Assembly (NCBI GenBank): GCA_052326845.1
Contig: JBKQJR010000005.1
Strand: one strand, 5' to 3'
Origin: Acidocella sp.
GTDB lineage: Bacteria > Pseudomonadota > Alphaproteobacteria > Acetobacterales > Acetobacteraceae
DNA length: 59,504 nucleotides
Below are positions 39,926 through 48,993 of the stretch, in pieces. A program made the position numbers and the translations under genes. Under the pieces are notes generated by a model that ran no database searches, was not told the origin of the DNA, and worked only from the letters and a program-made list of their open reading frames with translations. Every line of letters begins with the position of its first letter. The first letter of the stretch is position 1.

Positions 39926-39997
39926 TGTGCGCCTGCGCGGCAGGGGGTGGTTGCAGCGGGGCGCCGGCTTCGATATAGGCTCCTTCGCCCCGGTTAA

Positions 39998-40072
<75 letters not shown>

Positions 40073-40631
40073 TTTTAGCGTTATAAATCAATAAATTGGC
40101 TGCGGCGCGAAAGTGATTCCGGGAGTTATCCAATTAAATGTCCGGCTGGTGTCCGGGTTGGATCGACCCTCGGCGAATTGCCACTATCCCTCGCCGCTCG
40201 GCCAGGGCAAAGTGAAGGGGGCTGACTCCGCCCCCGCCCCCCCCCTTTTTTTGTCCACCAATTCCGTTGTCGAAAACGTCTTTGCCCCAGCGCCGATAGG
40301 CAGCGTTACCCGCGCATGGCGGCTCTGTCCGTCTGCCGAATGCAAACAGCCGCGCTCATTAAACGCCAGCAGTGCCTGTTCAGCCTTGCCAGGGGCCAGT
40401 TGGCTGACCACCTCCTGAGCCCACGCCTCATTCTGCCGGCGGTTGGTATCAACCCCGGACGGAGGCCGCCTGCGCCGCGACGATGCCCAGACTGTGAAGC
40501 GGCGTCGCGCTGTGACCCCATAAAACCCAGCTAAATCTAATGGTTGACGCGCCGATCGTGCCGAAACCCCTTGTCGATTCACACGCGGTCGGCCGCGCAG
40601 AGCTTGCCTAATTAAATAGTTTACAAATATA

Positions 40632-40650
40632 GTATATATTAGTAATAGGA
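40632..40650. promoter_or_regulatory. Degenerate copy of the island operator box upstream of the ABC exporter pair
   Basis: GTATATATTAGTAATAGGA keeps the TAT-N7-ATAG spacing. Confidence 0.4.
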
Positions 40651-40790
40651 AATATGCGATAGTCGGCGCCATCCCCCTCCAGGCAGTCTTCACGCGCGCC
40701 CAAGGTTGGCCTATCGCCAGTCCTCCGCGTTTGACCCCAACCCGACCGGACTTGCCCCGCGCGTCGCCAACTCCCAACCGAGAGAAGACC

Positions 40791-42611
40791 GTGCCCGATC
40801 CCCAAATCTCTCCCCTCCGCGTGCTGGACATCGCCAACGCCCCGCGCATCCTTGGCCGCGTGCTGAGTTACGCCTGGCAGTACAAGGCGCGCTTTGCCCT
40901 CGCCGGTGCCGCCAGCCTCGCCGCCACGCTGTTCAACCTCGCCATTCCGCGCCTGCTCGGCTGGTCGGTGGACCAGGCCCATGCCCTGCTATCGCATCGC
41001 GGTGCACCGCCCGACTCCATTCTTACCCAGCTTGCCCATATGGGGCTGTTCATCATCGCCGCCGCCGCCGGGCGCGGACTTGCCCAGATGATCGCCGGCT
41101 ACCAGGCCCAGCATATCGCCCAAGCCGTGGGCCGCGACCTGCGCCTGCAATTCTTCGAGAAACTCCAGCGCCTGTCCTTCGACTTCCACGACCGCATCCA
41201 TTCCGGCGACCTCATCACACGCGGCATGCTGGACCTTGAGGGCGTTCGCGGCTTCATCGAGAACGCGCTGCAGGCTTGTCTCTCGCTCGTGCTGCTGGTG
41301 AGCATTGGGGCCACCATGCTGGTGCTGCAAAACCCGCTCATGGCCCTGCTGGCCATGAGCTTTGTGCCGTTTGCCTTATGGCGCGCCGGGCGCATGGGGC
41401 TTACGCTGCGTCTGGCCTGGACGCGCCTGCAGGAGAAAATGTCCATCCTCACCCGCGTGATGGAGGAGAACCTGCAAGGGATGCGCGTGGTGCGTGCCTT
41501 CGCTGCCAAGGATTTTGAGATCAAGAAATACGACGAGGCCGGTGATGAGGCCCTGCGACTGTCCAACCGGCGCATCTTCATCCGTTCCGGTGCCATGGTA
41601 CAGATCAACACCAGCTACTTCCTGGCCATGGGGCTAGTGGTGTGGGTGGGCGGGCAGCAGGTGCAGGCGCATCACTTCACGGTGGGCCAGCTAACCGAAT
41701 TCCTCACGCTCATGACCATTTTGCAGCTTCCCGTCCGCCAGATGGGCATGATCATGAACGCCTCCTCGCGTGCGGTCTCCTCGGGCAAGCGTTTGTTCGA
41801 AATCCTCGACAAGCCCACCACCATCCGCGATGTCGCCGGGGCGCAGGTGCTGCACAGTCCGCGGGGCGTGCTGCGCTTCGACGACGTCTCCTTCTCCTAT
41901 GACAGCACCGCGCCCGCCATCGAGCACATCTCCTTCACTGTCCAGCCCGGCCAGACGCTGGGCATCGTCGGCCCCTCGGGCTCGGGCAAATCCACCATCG
42001 CCCAGCTCATCCCGCGCTTCTATGACGTCACCTCCGGGCGCATCACGCTGGACGGCAAGGACATCCGCGAGGTCACGCTGGACAGTCTGCGCGAGGCGGT
42101 GGGGCTGATTGCTCAGGACGTCTTCCTGTTCGACGACGGCATAGACGCCAACATCGCGTACGCCGACCCGGAGGCCGAGATCCACGAGCTCATCGACGCC
42201 GCTCGTACCGCGCAGATCCACGATTTCGCGGCCAGCCTGCCCGCCGCTTATTCCACGCGCATCGGCGAGCGCGGCATGGGGCTCTCGGGCGGCCAGCGCC
42301 AACGCCTTTCCATCGCCCGTGGCATGGTACCCGACCCGGCGGTGCTGGTGTTCGACGACGCCACCTCGGCCGTGGACGCCGCCACCGAGCACCAGCTGCG
42401 CGCCGCCCTGCGCGCCGCCACCCATGCGCAGGCCACCATTATCATCTCGCACCGGCTGGGCTCGCTGCTGCACGCCGACGAGATCATCGTGCTGGAGGCC
42501 GGGCGCATCATTGAGCGCGGCACGCATGAGAGCCTGCTGGCGGCAGGTGGCTATTACGCGGCGCTGTTCACGGCGCAGAGCCAGAGCGGAACGGAAGGAG
42601 TGGCGGCATGA
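40791..42611 (+). CDS. Type IV ABC half-transporter (TMD+NBD) with degenerate Walker B
   Basis: 6-TM domain, GPSGSGKS, LSGGQRQR and VLVFDDATSAVD (Asp for the catalytic Glu). GTG start at 40791. Confidence 0.92.
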   Translation: MPDPQISPLRVLDIANAPRILGRVLSYAWQYKARFALAGAASLAATLFNLAIPRLLGWSVDQAHALLSHRGAPPDSILTQLAHMGLFIIAAAAGRGLAQMIAGYQAQHIAQAVGRDLRLQFFEKLQRLSFDFHDRIHSGDLITRGMLDLEGVRGFIENALQACLSLVLLVSIGATMLVLQNPLMALLAMSFVPFALWRAGRMGLTLRLAWTRLQEKMSILTRVMEENLQGMRVVRAFAAKDFEIKKYDEAGDEALRLSNRRIFIRSGAMVQINTSYFLAMGLVVWVGGQQVQAHHFTVGQLTEFLTLMTILQLPVRQMGMIMNASSRAVSSGKRLFEILDKPTTIRDVAGAQVLHSPRGVLRFDDVSFSYDSTAPAIEHISFTVQPGQTLGIVGPSGSGKSTIAQLIPRFYDVTSGRITLDGKDIREVTLDSLREAVGLIAQDVFLFDDGIDANIAYADPEAEIHELIDAARTAQIHDFAASLPAAYSTRIGERGMGLSGGQRQRLSIARGMVPDPAVLVFDDATSAVDAATEHQLRAALRAATHAQATIIISHRLGSLLHADEIIVLEAGRIIERGTHESLLAAGGYYAALFTAQSQSGTEGVAA

Positions 42612-44422
42612 GCGGGGCGGCATTTGGCGGCGGACACGCCGGCGTGGGCGGCGAGGTGGATGAGGACATCTACGCACCGTTCAACTCCTCCGTTCTCAAG
42701 CGCGTCGCGGCCTTCGTGGCCCCGTACAAGGCCGGATTCTTCGTGGCGCTCAGCGCGGTGATGTGCTTCGTCGCCGCCCAACTCGCCATCCCCTATGTCA
42801 TCCGCGCCGCCGTGAACGCCGCCGTGCACAAACCCGGCGCGCTGCCCATCAACACGGTGGGCGTCATCTTCCTCGCGGTCATCGGCTTCAACGCCGCCGC
42901 CTCTTATTCCCAGGAGGTGCTATCGGCGCGGCTCGCCCAGCGGGTCATCTTTGACATGCGCCGCGCCATGTTCGCGCATCTGCAGGACGTCTCGCTCTCG
43001 TTCCTCGACAAGACCCATGTCGGGCGCATCATGTCCCGCCTCCAGGGCGACGTGAATGCGCTGCAGGAATTCTTCGAGACCTCCATCCAGGCCACCGGTG
43101 ACCTCGTGCTGCTCGTCGGCATTATCGCCGTGCTGCTGGTCATGGAATGGCGCCTGGCCCTCGTCACGCTCACCGTGCTGCCGGTGATGATCTTCATCCG
43201 CGCGCTGTGGCTGCCGCAGGCCAAGATCAAGTTCCGCCGGGCGCGCGACGCCTCCTCCATCGTGAACGGCGCACTGGCTGAGAATATTGCCGGCGTGCGG
43301 GTGGTGCAGGGGGCGCGGCGCGAGCGCGTCAACCTCGCCGACTTCGCGCAGAAGGCCAACAACAATTTGGAGGCGCAGGTGGCCGTCTCCTGGACCTCTC
43401 AGATCATGGTCCCCACGGTGGACGTGCTCACGGGCCTAGCCATGGCGGCCATCGTGCTCATTGGCGGGCAGTTCGTGCTCAAGGGCACCATGGACCTCGG
43501 TATCATGGTCGCCTTCATCTTCTATGTGCAACGCTTCTTCGACCCCATCCGCACGGTAAGCCAGCAATATACCATGATGCAGCGGGCCACGGCGGCCAGC
43601 CACCGAATCCTGGAGGTCATCGACGTGCCGCTGCAGATCGAGGACAAGCCCGGTGCGCAGCCGCTGGAAGCCAAGGAGTTCTCGATTGAGTTCGACCACG
43701 TGAAATTCGGCTACAAGCCCGGCCAGATTGTGCTCAAGGACCTCAGCTTTACCGTGCCCGCCAACAGCACGGTGGCGCTCGTCGGCCCCACCGGTTCTGG
43801 CAAGACCAGCGTCTCGGCACTCATCCACCGCTTCTACGATGTGAACGAGGGGCAGGTGCACATCGGCGGGCAGGACGTGCGCGACGTCACGCTGGCGTCG
43901 CTGGGGCGGCACATCGCCATTGTGCTCCAGGAGCCCTTCCTGTTCACCGGCACCATATTGGAAAATATCCGCTATTCCTCGCACTGGGCCAGCCGCGAGG
44001 ATATCATAGAGGCGGCCAAGGCCACTCAGGCGCATGAGTTCATCTCGCGCCTGCCGCTGGGTTACGACACGCTGCTGGAGCAGCGCGGCCAGAACCTCTC
44101 CATCGGCCAGCGCCAGCTGCTCAGCTTCGCGCGCGCCCTGGTGGCCGACCCGCATATCCTCATCCTGGACGAAGCTACGGCCAGCATCGACAGTTTCGTG
44201 GAGGCGCAGATCCAGCAGGCGCTGCGCGTGCTGCTGGAAGGACGCACCAGCATCGTCATTGCCCACCGCCTGGCCACGGTGCGCGACGCCGACAACATCA
44301 TCGTGCTGCGCTCGGGCGAGATCCTGGAGCAGGGCAATCACGAGCAGTTGCTCGCCGCGGGCGGGCTGTATGCCATGCTGTACCGCAAGAATTTCTCGTC
44401 CTTTGACGAGGCGGCGGAATAG
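42608..44422 (+). CDS. Type IV ABC half-transporter (TMD+NBD) with degenerate signature
   Basis: GPTGSGKT, LSIGQRQ, ILILDEATASID and IAHRL motifs. ATGA overlap with its partner. Confidence 0.92.
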   Translation: MSGAAFGGGHAGVGGEVDEDIYAPFNSSVLKRVAAFVAPYKAGFFVALSAVMCFVAAQLAIPYVIRAAVNAAVHKPGALPINTVGVIFLAVIGFNAAASYSQEVLSARLAQRVIFDMRRAMFAHLQDVSLSFLDKTHVGRIMSRLQGDVNALQEFFETSIQATGDLVLLVGIIAVLLVMEWRLALVTLTVLPVMIFIRALWLPQAKIKFRRARDASSIVNGALAENIAGVRVVQGARRERVNLADFAQKANNNLEAQVAVSWTSQIMVPTVDVLTGLAMAAIVLIGGQFVLKGTMDLGIMVAFIFYVQRFFDPIRTVSQQYTMMQRATAASHRILEVIDVPLQIEDKPGAQPLEAKEFSIEFDHVKFGYKPGQIVLKDLSFTVPANSTVALVGPTGSGKTSVSALIHRFYDVNEGQVHIGGQDVRDVTLASLGRHIAIVLQEPFLFTGTILENIRYSSHWASREDIIEAAKATQAHEFISRLPLGYDTLLEQRGQNLSIGQRQLLSFARALVADPHILILDEATASIDSFVEAQIQQALRVLLEGRTSIVIAHRLATVRDADNIIVLRSGEILEQGNHEQLLAAGGLYAMLYRKNFSSFDEAAE

Positions 44423-44424
44423 AC

Positions 44425-44949
44425 TTACGGCGCTTCCAGGACGGCCCTGATGAAGGGCGTCTTGGCGGCGGTGTAGGCGTCTCTGTCGGTCTGGTGGGCA
44501 ACCGCCAGACCGCGCTTGAGGGCGGCATAGGCGCTGGCAAGGTCCGCGTCAGCCCGCAGCCGGCTGCGGAAGGCGAGGTGATCCCGCCAGAAAACGCTGC
44601 CGGCGGGCACGGCATGGATATGCGACAGCCGGTGTTCACGCGCCGCGTCGGCCCAGCGCACGAAAAACAGCCGCTCGGAGCGGTCAGGGTCTTCGTACCA
44701 TTGGGCATAACCAAGCCGCTCCAGCGCCGCCACCACCTCCGCGGTGTGGCGGAAATCATCCAGCCCCACCATAATGTCGATGACCGGTTTGGCAGCCAAC
44801 CCCGGGACCGAGGTGCTGCCAATATGCTCGATGCGCGGCGCCAGCGCCTCCAACGCCGTGGCGATGCGGCGGGCCTCAGCCGCAAACTGATGCGGCCATT
44901 CGGTACTGTAATCGTGGATATGGATCGTGTCGTTCATGTCCGCCGCCAT
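44425..44949 (-). CDS. GrpB-family (UPF0157) nucleotidyltransferase-fold protein
   Basis: IEHIGSTSVPGLAAKPVIDI, HLAFR..LR, YAALK and YTAAK motifs. Confidence 0.9.
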   Translation of the reverse strand: MAADMNDTIHIHDYSTEWPHQFAAEARRIATALEALAPRIEHIGSTSVPGLAAKPVIDIMVGLDDFRHTAEVVAALERLGYAQWYEDPDRSERLFFVRWADAAREHRLSHIHAVPAGSVFWRDHLAFRSRLRADADLASAYAALKRGLAVAHQTDRDAYTAAKTPFIRAVLEAP

Positions 44950-44955
44950 TTGGTG

Positions 44956-45972
44956 TTACCAGCGGTAAAGGCTGGGGCCGAACCGGGCCTCGTAGAAGGG
45001 AGATACGTGCGTACCCGGGGGAATGATCTCGTCGATGCGCGCCAGATCCTCCTTGGTCAGGGTGATCTCGGCGGCTTTTAGCGCGTCCTCGAATTGCTCC
45101 TCGGTGCGCGGCCCGATGATCGGCGCGGTGACGCCGGGCGCCTGGATGGCCCAGGCCGTGGCGAGTTGCGAGAGCGGGAAGCCCTTCTCGGCGGCAAGGA
45201 GCGTGAGCGGCTCGATGACATCATAGATGTGGTCGGTGAGGCGCCGTGCCTGCGGGCGGTTGGCGTTCACCGCGTAGCGGCTGTCGGCCGGCAGGGGCTC
45301 GCTGCGCTTGTACTTGCCGGTGAGCAGGCCGCCACCCAGCGGGCTCCAGGGAATGACGCCCAGGCCGAAAGTCTGCGCGGCGGGCAGCAGCTCGCGCTCA
45401 ATGCGGCGGTCCAGCAGATTATAGGGCGGCTGCTCGGAGACGAAGCGGTTGAGCCCCAGCTCCTTGGCGGCCCACAGTGATTCCACGAGCTGCCAGCCCG
45501 CGAAGGTGGAGGAGCCAATATAGCGAACCTTGCCGGAGCGCACGAGGTCGTCCAGCGCGCGCAGGGTTTCGTCGATGGCGGTATCGGGCTCCGGGCGATG
45601 GAGCTGGTAGAGGTCCACATAGTCGGTGCCCAGGCGCTTCAGGCTGGCCTCGGCCTGGGCGATGATGTGCCGCCGCGAGGAGCCGCGCAGATTGGGGGCG
45701 GTGTCGTGCATCGGAAGATGCACCTTGGTGGCCAGGAACACATGGCCGCGCTTGCCATTGCGCTTGAGCGCCTCGCCAGTGACCTCCTCCGACTTGCCGC
45801 GCGAATAGACATTGGCGGTATCGATGAAATTGATCCCGGCATCGATGGCGCGGTCGATGATGCGCACCGATGTCTCAAGATCGGTACGGCCGCCAAACAT
45901 CATGGTGCCGAGAACAAGGGGCGAGACCTTGACGCCGGTGCGGCCAAAGGGGCGGTAGTCGGATATTGCCAT
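44956..45972 (-). CDS. Aldo/keto reductase
   Basis: GINFIDTANVY, ATK, SLKRLGTDYVDLYQLH, GKVRYIG and PWSPLGGGLL motifs. ATG at 45972. Confidence 0.93.
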   Translation of the reverse strand: MAISDYRPFGRTGVKVSPLVLGTMMFGGRTDLETSVRIIDRAIDAGINFIDTANVYSRGKSEEVTGEALKRNGKRGHVFLATKVHLPMHDTAPNLRGSSRRHIIAQAEASLKRLGTDYVDLYQLHRPEPDTAIDETLRALDDLVRSGKVRYIGSSTFAGWQLVESLWAAKELGLNRFVSEQPPYNLLDRRIERELLPAAQTFGLGVIPWSPLGGGLLTGKYKRSEPLPADSRYAVNANRPQARRLTDHIYDVIEPLTLLAAEKGFPLSQLATAWAIQAPGVTAPIIGPRTEEQFEDALKAAEITLTKEDLARIDEIIPPGTHVSPFYEARFGPSLYRW

Positions 45973-46009
45973 TACGTGGAAAACTCCCTGTTGTTGGATG
46001 ATGGGCTGG

Positions 46010-47209
46010 TTATGAATCCTGGGCCAGCTTGCGCACGGGCTTGCCGGGCAGTTTTTGGTTGAGCAGGTAGTCGCCCGCCACGTGGTAGCGCCAATGGTTG
46101 GCATCGTGCACCGAATGGGTGCGGATGTTGCGCCAGTGACGGTCTAGGTTGCGGGCGCGCTCGGTGGACGAGGTGCCGGAGAGCGAGAAGATGTCGGTGG
46201 CGATGGCCAGCGCCACATCCTCGGCATAGGCCTTGGCCTCGGCCACCGCGACGGTGGCGGCAGCGGCGTTTTCCTCGGTCAGATTGGCGCGGGCGGCATC
46301 CAGCGCGCGCCCGGCGCGGGCGAGCAGCAACTCGGTGGCGTGGAGCTGCGTGACCAACTGGCCGAAGCGCAGGATGACATGCGGGTCCTCGGTTGCCGTG
46401 GCCACCGCCGCCCCCAGGCGCGGACGCTTACGCGCACGCACGGTCGCGACAGCATCGGCCAGGGCGTTCTGGGCGATGCCGACATCAATGGCCGTGTGCA
46501 AAAGCTGAGCGTAGGAGTGGAAAATGGCGGTGCGCTCGAACAGCTTGTAGTGCGGAATGACCTGGCTGGCCGGAACCGCGACATCGGTGAGGATGGCGGT
46601 GCCGCTATAGGCGACGCGCTGGCCAAAAGAATCCCAGTCGTCCAGCACCTGCACGCCGGGGGCCTGACGCGGCACAAAGGCCAGCACAAAGCGGTTTTCC
46701 TCGTCGAAGGCCGCCACCGGCAGCCAATGCGCCAGCAGCGCGCCGGTGCAGTAGTATTTCTTGCCGTTCAGCCGGTAGCCGCCCGCGCCGTCGGGCAGCA
46801 GGCGGGTGGCAAGGTTGAGCGCCGAGCTTCCGCCTATTTCGGCCTGGGCGTTGCCCAGCCGCGCGCCGGCCAGAATCTCGCCGAAGAAATGCGCCTGCTG
46901 TTCGGGGGTGCCGTCCTCGCCCACGGCCTCCAGAAAGAGGTAGTGGCTCTGCACCATCTGCGCCACGGCCGGATCGCCCGCCGAGAGCAATTGAAACACG
47001 CGCGCGATCGTCTCATACGAGACGCCGGCGCCGCCAAACGCGCGGGGAATGGTGATGGCAAGAATGCCACTGGCCGAAAGCCAGTCGAGTTCCGCCTGGG
47101 GTGGGGTGGGGGTGCGGTCGCGTCCGGCGGCGCCGGACTCCAAAAACAGCCGAAGCTCGTCGGCAACCTTCAGGGCTTCTTCTTCCGAGGCGATGATATG
47201 GGCGGTCAT
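46010..47209 (-). CDS. SfnB/DszC-like acyl-CoA-dehydrogenase-fold flavin monooxygenase
   Basis: LNGKKYYCTGAL, DDWDSFGQR and NLDRHWRNIRTHSVHD motifs. ATG at 47209. Confidence 0.88.
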   Translation of the reverse strand: MTAHIIASEEEALKVADELRLFLESGAAGRDRTPTPPQAELDWLSASGILAITIPRAFGGAGVSYETIARVFQLLSAGDPAVAQMVQSHYLFLEAVGEDGTPEQQAHFFGEILAGARLGNAQAEIGGSSALNLATRLLPDGAGGYRLNGKKYYCTGALLAHWLPVAAFDEENRFVLAFVPRQAPGVQVLDDWDSFGQRVAYSGTAILTDVAVPASQVIPHYKLFERTAIFHSYAQLLHTAIDVGIAQNALADAVATVRARKRPRLGAAVATATEDPHVILRFGQLVTQLHATELLLARAGRALDAARANLTEENAAAATVAVAEAKAYAEDVALAIATDIFSLSGTSSTERARNLDRHWRNIRTHSVHDANHWRYHVAGDYLLNQKLPGKPVRKLAQDS

Positions 47210-47267
47210 GGTCCTGTACCGTGTTAAAATGGTTTGGCGGCCGGAGAGGCCCCGGCCGCCGTTTCGC

Positions 47268-48758
47268 TTATTCAGCGGCGGAGTCGGCCGCCGCGCGTTC
47301 CCTGAATTCGTGGTGCGAGAGTTCCAGCCCCGCGTCATTGTTCTGCTCGGGAATGGCCAGTGGCTCCGTGGCCTTGCCGAAATTGGCGGGGTCGCGGAAC
47401 TGCGCGCCGTAATGCTCGGACAGCAGGCGGGCATTGCCCGCACCTAGCAGACGCTCGCGCAGGGTCTCGCCCGGGTTGTATGTCTCGCGGAAGCGCCCGC
47501 GCCGGCGCAGCTCGGGCACCACCAGCTCGATGAAGTCGCGCGCCGTGCCGGGCGTGAGGTACTGCACCAGGTTGATGCCGTCGATGTCATCGACATCCAG
47601 CCATTCCTCGATGCGGTCGGCGACGATGTCCGGCGTGCCGGCGACAAAGAAGCGGCCATAATTCACCGAGCGCAGCTCGGCCAGAATCTCGCCCACGGTC
47701 TGCTCGTCGCGGTAGCGCGGCGGGATGAACTCGTAGCCGCTCACCTCGCGCTTCTTCAACTCGCCGATGGTCACGGTCTCGGGGAAGGCGGTGTAGTCGA
47801 TACGCGACTGCGAATGTGCCAGACGCGCCTCGGCGCTGATGTAGCGCTTGTAGTTGTCAAATTTGGCGGAGACTTCGTCCGCGTCTTTGCCCACGATAAT
47901 GCCCGCCCCGGCCAGAAACTTGATGTTCTGCGGGTTGCGGCCATAGCGCGCGGCGCGGGCGCGCATGTCGGCCACGTTGGCCCGCACTGCCTCGGGCGAG
48001 CCACCGCCGGTGAACACCACCTCGGCATGGCGCCCGGCGAATTCCTTGCCCGCATTGGAGCCGGTGGCCTGGAACAGCACCGGCGTGCGCTGGCGCGAGG
48101 GCTGGCTGAGATGCGGGCCCTTGACCCTGAAGTGCGGCCCGGAATGGTTGATGTAGTGGACCTTTGAGGGATCGGTATAGACCCGGTGCTCGAGGTCCTG
48201 GATCACCGCGTCCTCTTCCCAGGAGCCTTCCCAGAGCTTGTAGAGCACGTCCAGATACTCGTTGGCGATGCGGTAGCGCTCGTCATGCGGCATTTCGGCG
48301 TCCAGGCCGTAATTGGCGGCCTGGTTGGGCAGATAGCTGGTCACGATGTTCCAGCCCACGCGACCCTTGGTGATGTGGTCGAGCGTGGAGAGACGGCGCG
48401 CGAAGCTGAAGGGCGGCTCGTAGGTGGTGGACGAGGTGGCGCCAAAGCCGAGATTCTTCGCTACCTGCGCCATGGCCGGGATGATGAAGAACGGGTCGTT
48501 ATTAGGGATCTGCAGCGCCTCGCGCAGCGCCGTCTCCGGCCCGCCACGGTATTGGTCATAGGCGCCCACCACGTCGGCCAAAAAAATGCCGTCGAACGTG
48601 CCGTATTCCAGGAGCTGGGCCAGCTCGGTCCAGAATTCGATGTCGTTGAACCGGTGGCGGTTGTTGTCTGGATGCACCCACAGGCCGTGGATGATGTGAC
48701 TGACGCAGTTCATCTCGAACAAGTTGACGTGCAGTTGTTTCTTTTCCTTGTCGGCCAT
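47268..48758 (-). CDS. NtaA/DmoA/DszA-family FMNH2-dependent monooxygenase (luciferase-like)
   Basis: NLFEMNC.SH...GLW, FDGIFLAD, ARRLSTLDH.TKGR.GWNIVTS, KLWEGSWE and QRTPVLFQA motifs. Confidence 0.92.
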   Translation of the reverse strand: MADKEKKQLHVNLFEMNCVSHIIHGLWVHPDNNRHRFNDIEFWTELAQLLEYGTFDGIFLADVVGAYDQYRGGPETALREALQIPNNDPFFIIPAMAQVAKNLGFGATSSTTYEPPFSFARRLSTLDHITKGRVGWNIVTSYLPNQAANYGLDAEMPHDERYRIANEYLDVLYKLWEGSWEEDAVIQDLEHRVYTDPSKVHYINHSGPHFRVKGPHLSQPSRQRTPVLFQATGSNAGKEFAGRHAEVVFTGGGSPEAVRANVADMRARAARYGRNPQNIKFLAGAGIIVGKDADEVSAKFDNYKRYISAEARLAHSQSRIDYTAFPETVTIGELKKREVSGYEFIPPRYRDEQTVGEILAELRSVNYGRFFVAGTPDIVADRIEEWLDVDDIDGINLVQYLTPGTARDFIELVVPELRRRGRFRETYNPGETLRERLLGAGNARLLSEHYGAQFRDPANFGKATEPLAIPEQNNDAGLELSHHEFRERAAADSAAE

Positions 48759-48861
48759 TTGGCGGGTCCTGTGTTGGGCGGCAGGGAGGTGCGCCTGTCC
48801 GCTGCTGTTGCGTGATGTCCCTGTGGTGGCGGTCGACCCAAACCGGGCAGATCGACAGGTC

Positions 48862-48898
48862 GCCCATAGATTAGATAAACTCTATAGACAAGATAGAA
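48862..48898. promoter_or_regulatory. Operator box(es) in the divergent monooxygenase promoter
   Basis: CTCTATAGACAAGATAGAA (48880..48898), preceded by a weaker tandem copy CCCATAGATTAGATAAA. Matches 56842..56860. Confidence 0.7.
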
Positions 48899-48993
48899 AA
48901 AGATATTTAGGACTCTGAGGACAGAAGATTTTCACGCCGGTCCGCGCAAGGCGAGGGGCGGGAGAAAGAGTTTCTACCCTGGGGTACACAAAC

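Noticed and set aside
40400-40790. SAM or cobalamin riboswitch ahead of the island genes (also sought at 48760..48990 and 56810..56939)
   Set aside because: No SAM-II, SAM-SAH or B12-box consensus recognised by eye; an Rfam scan would settle it.
40184-40849. 221-aa minus-strand ORF
   Set aside because: It crosses the AT-rich promoter and the ABC gene start and has non-protein-like composition; at most the last codons are a gene remnant.
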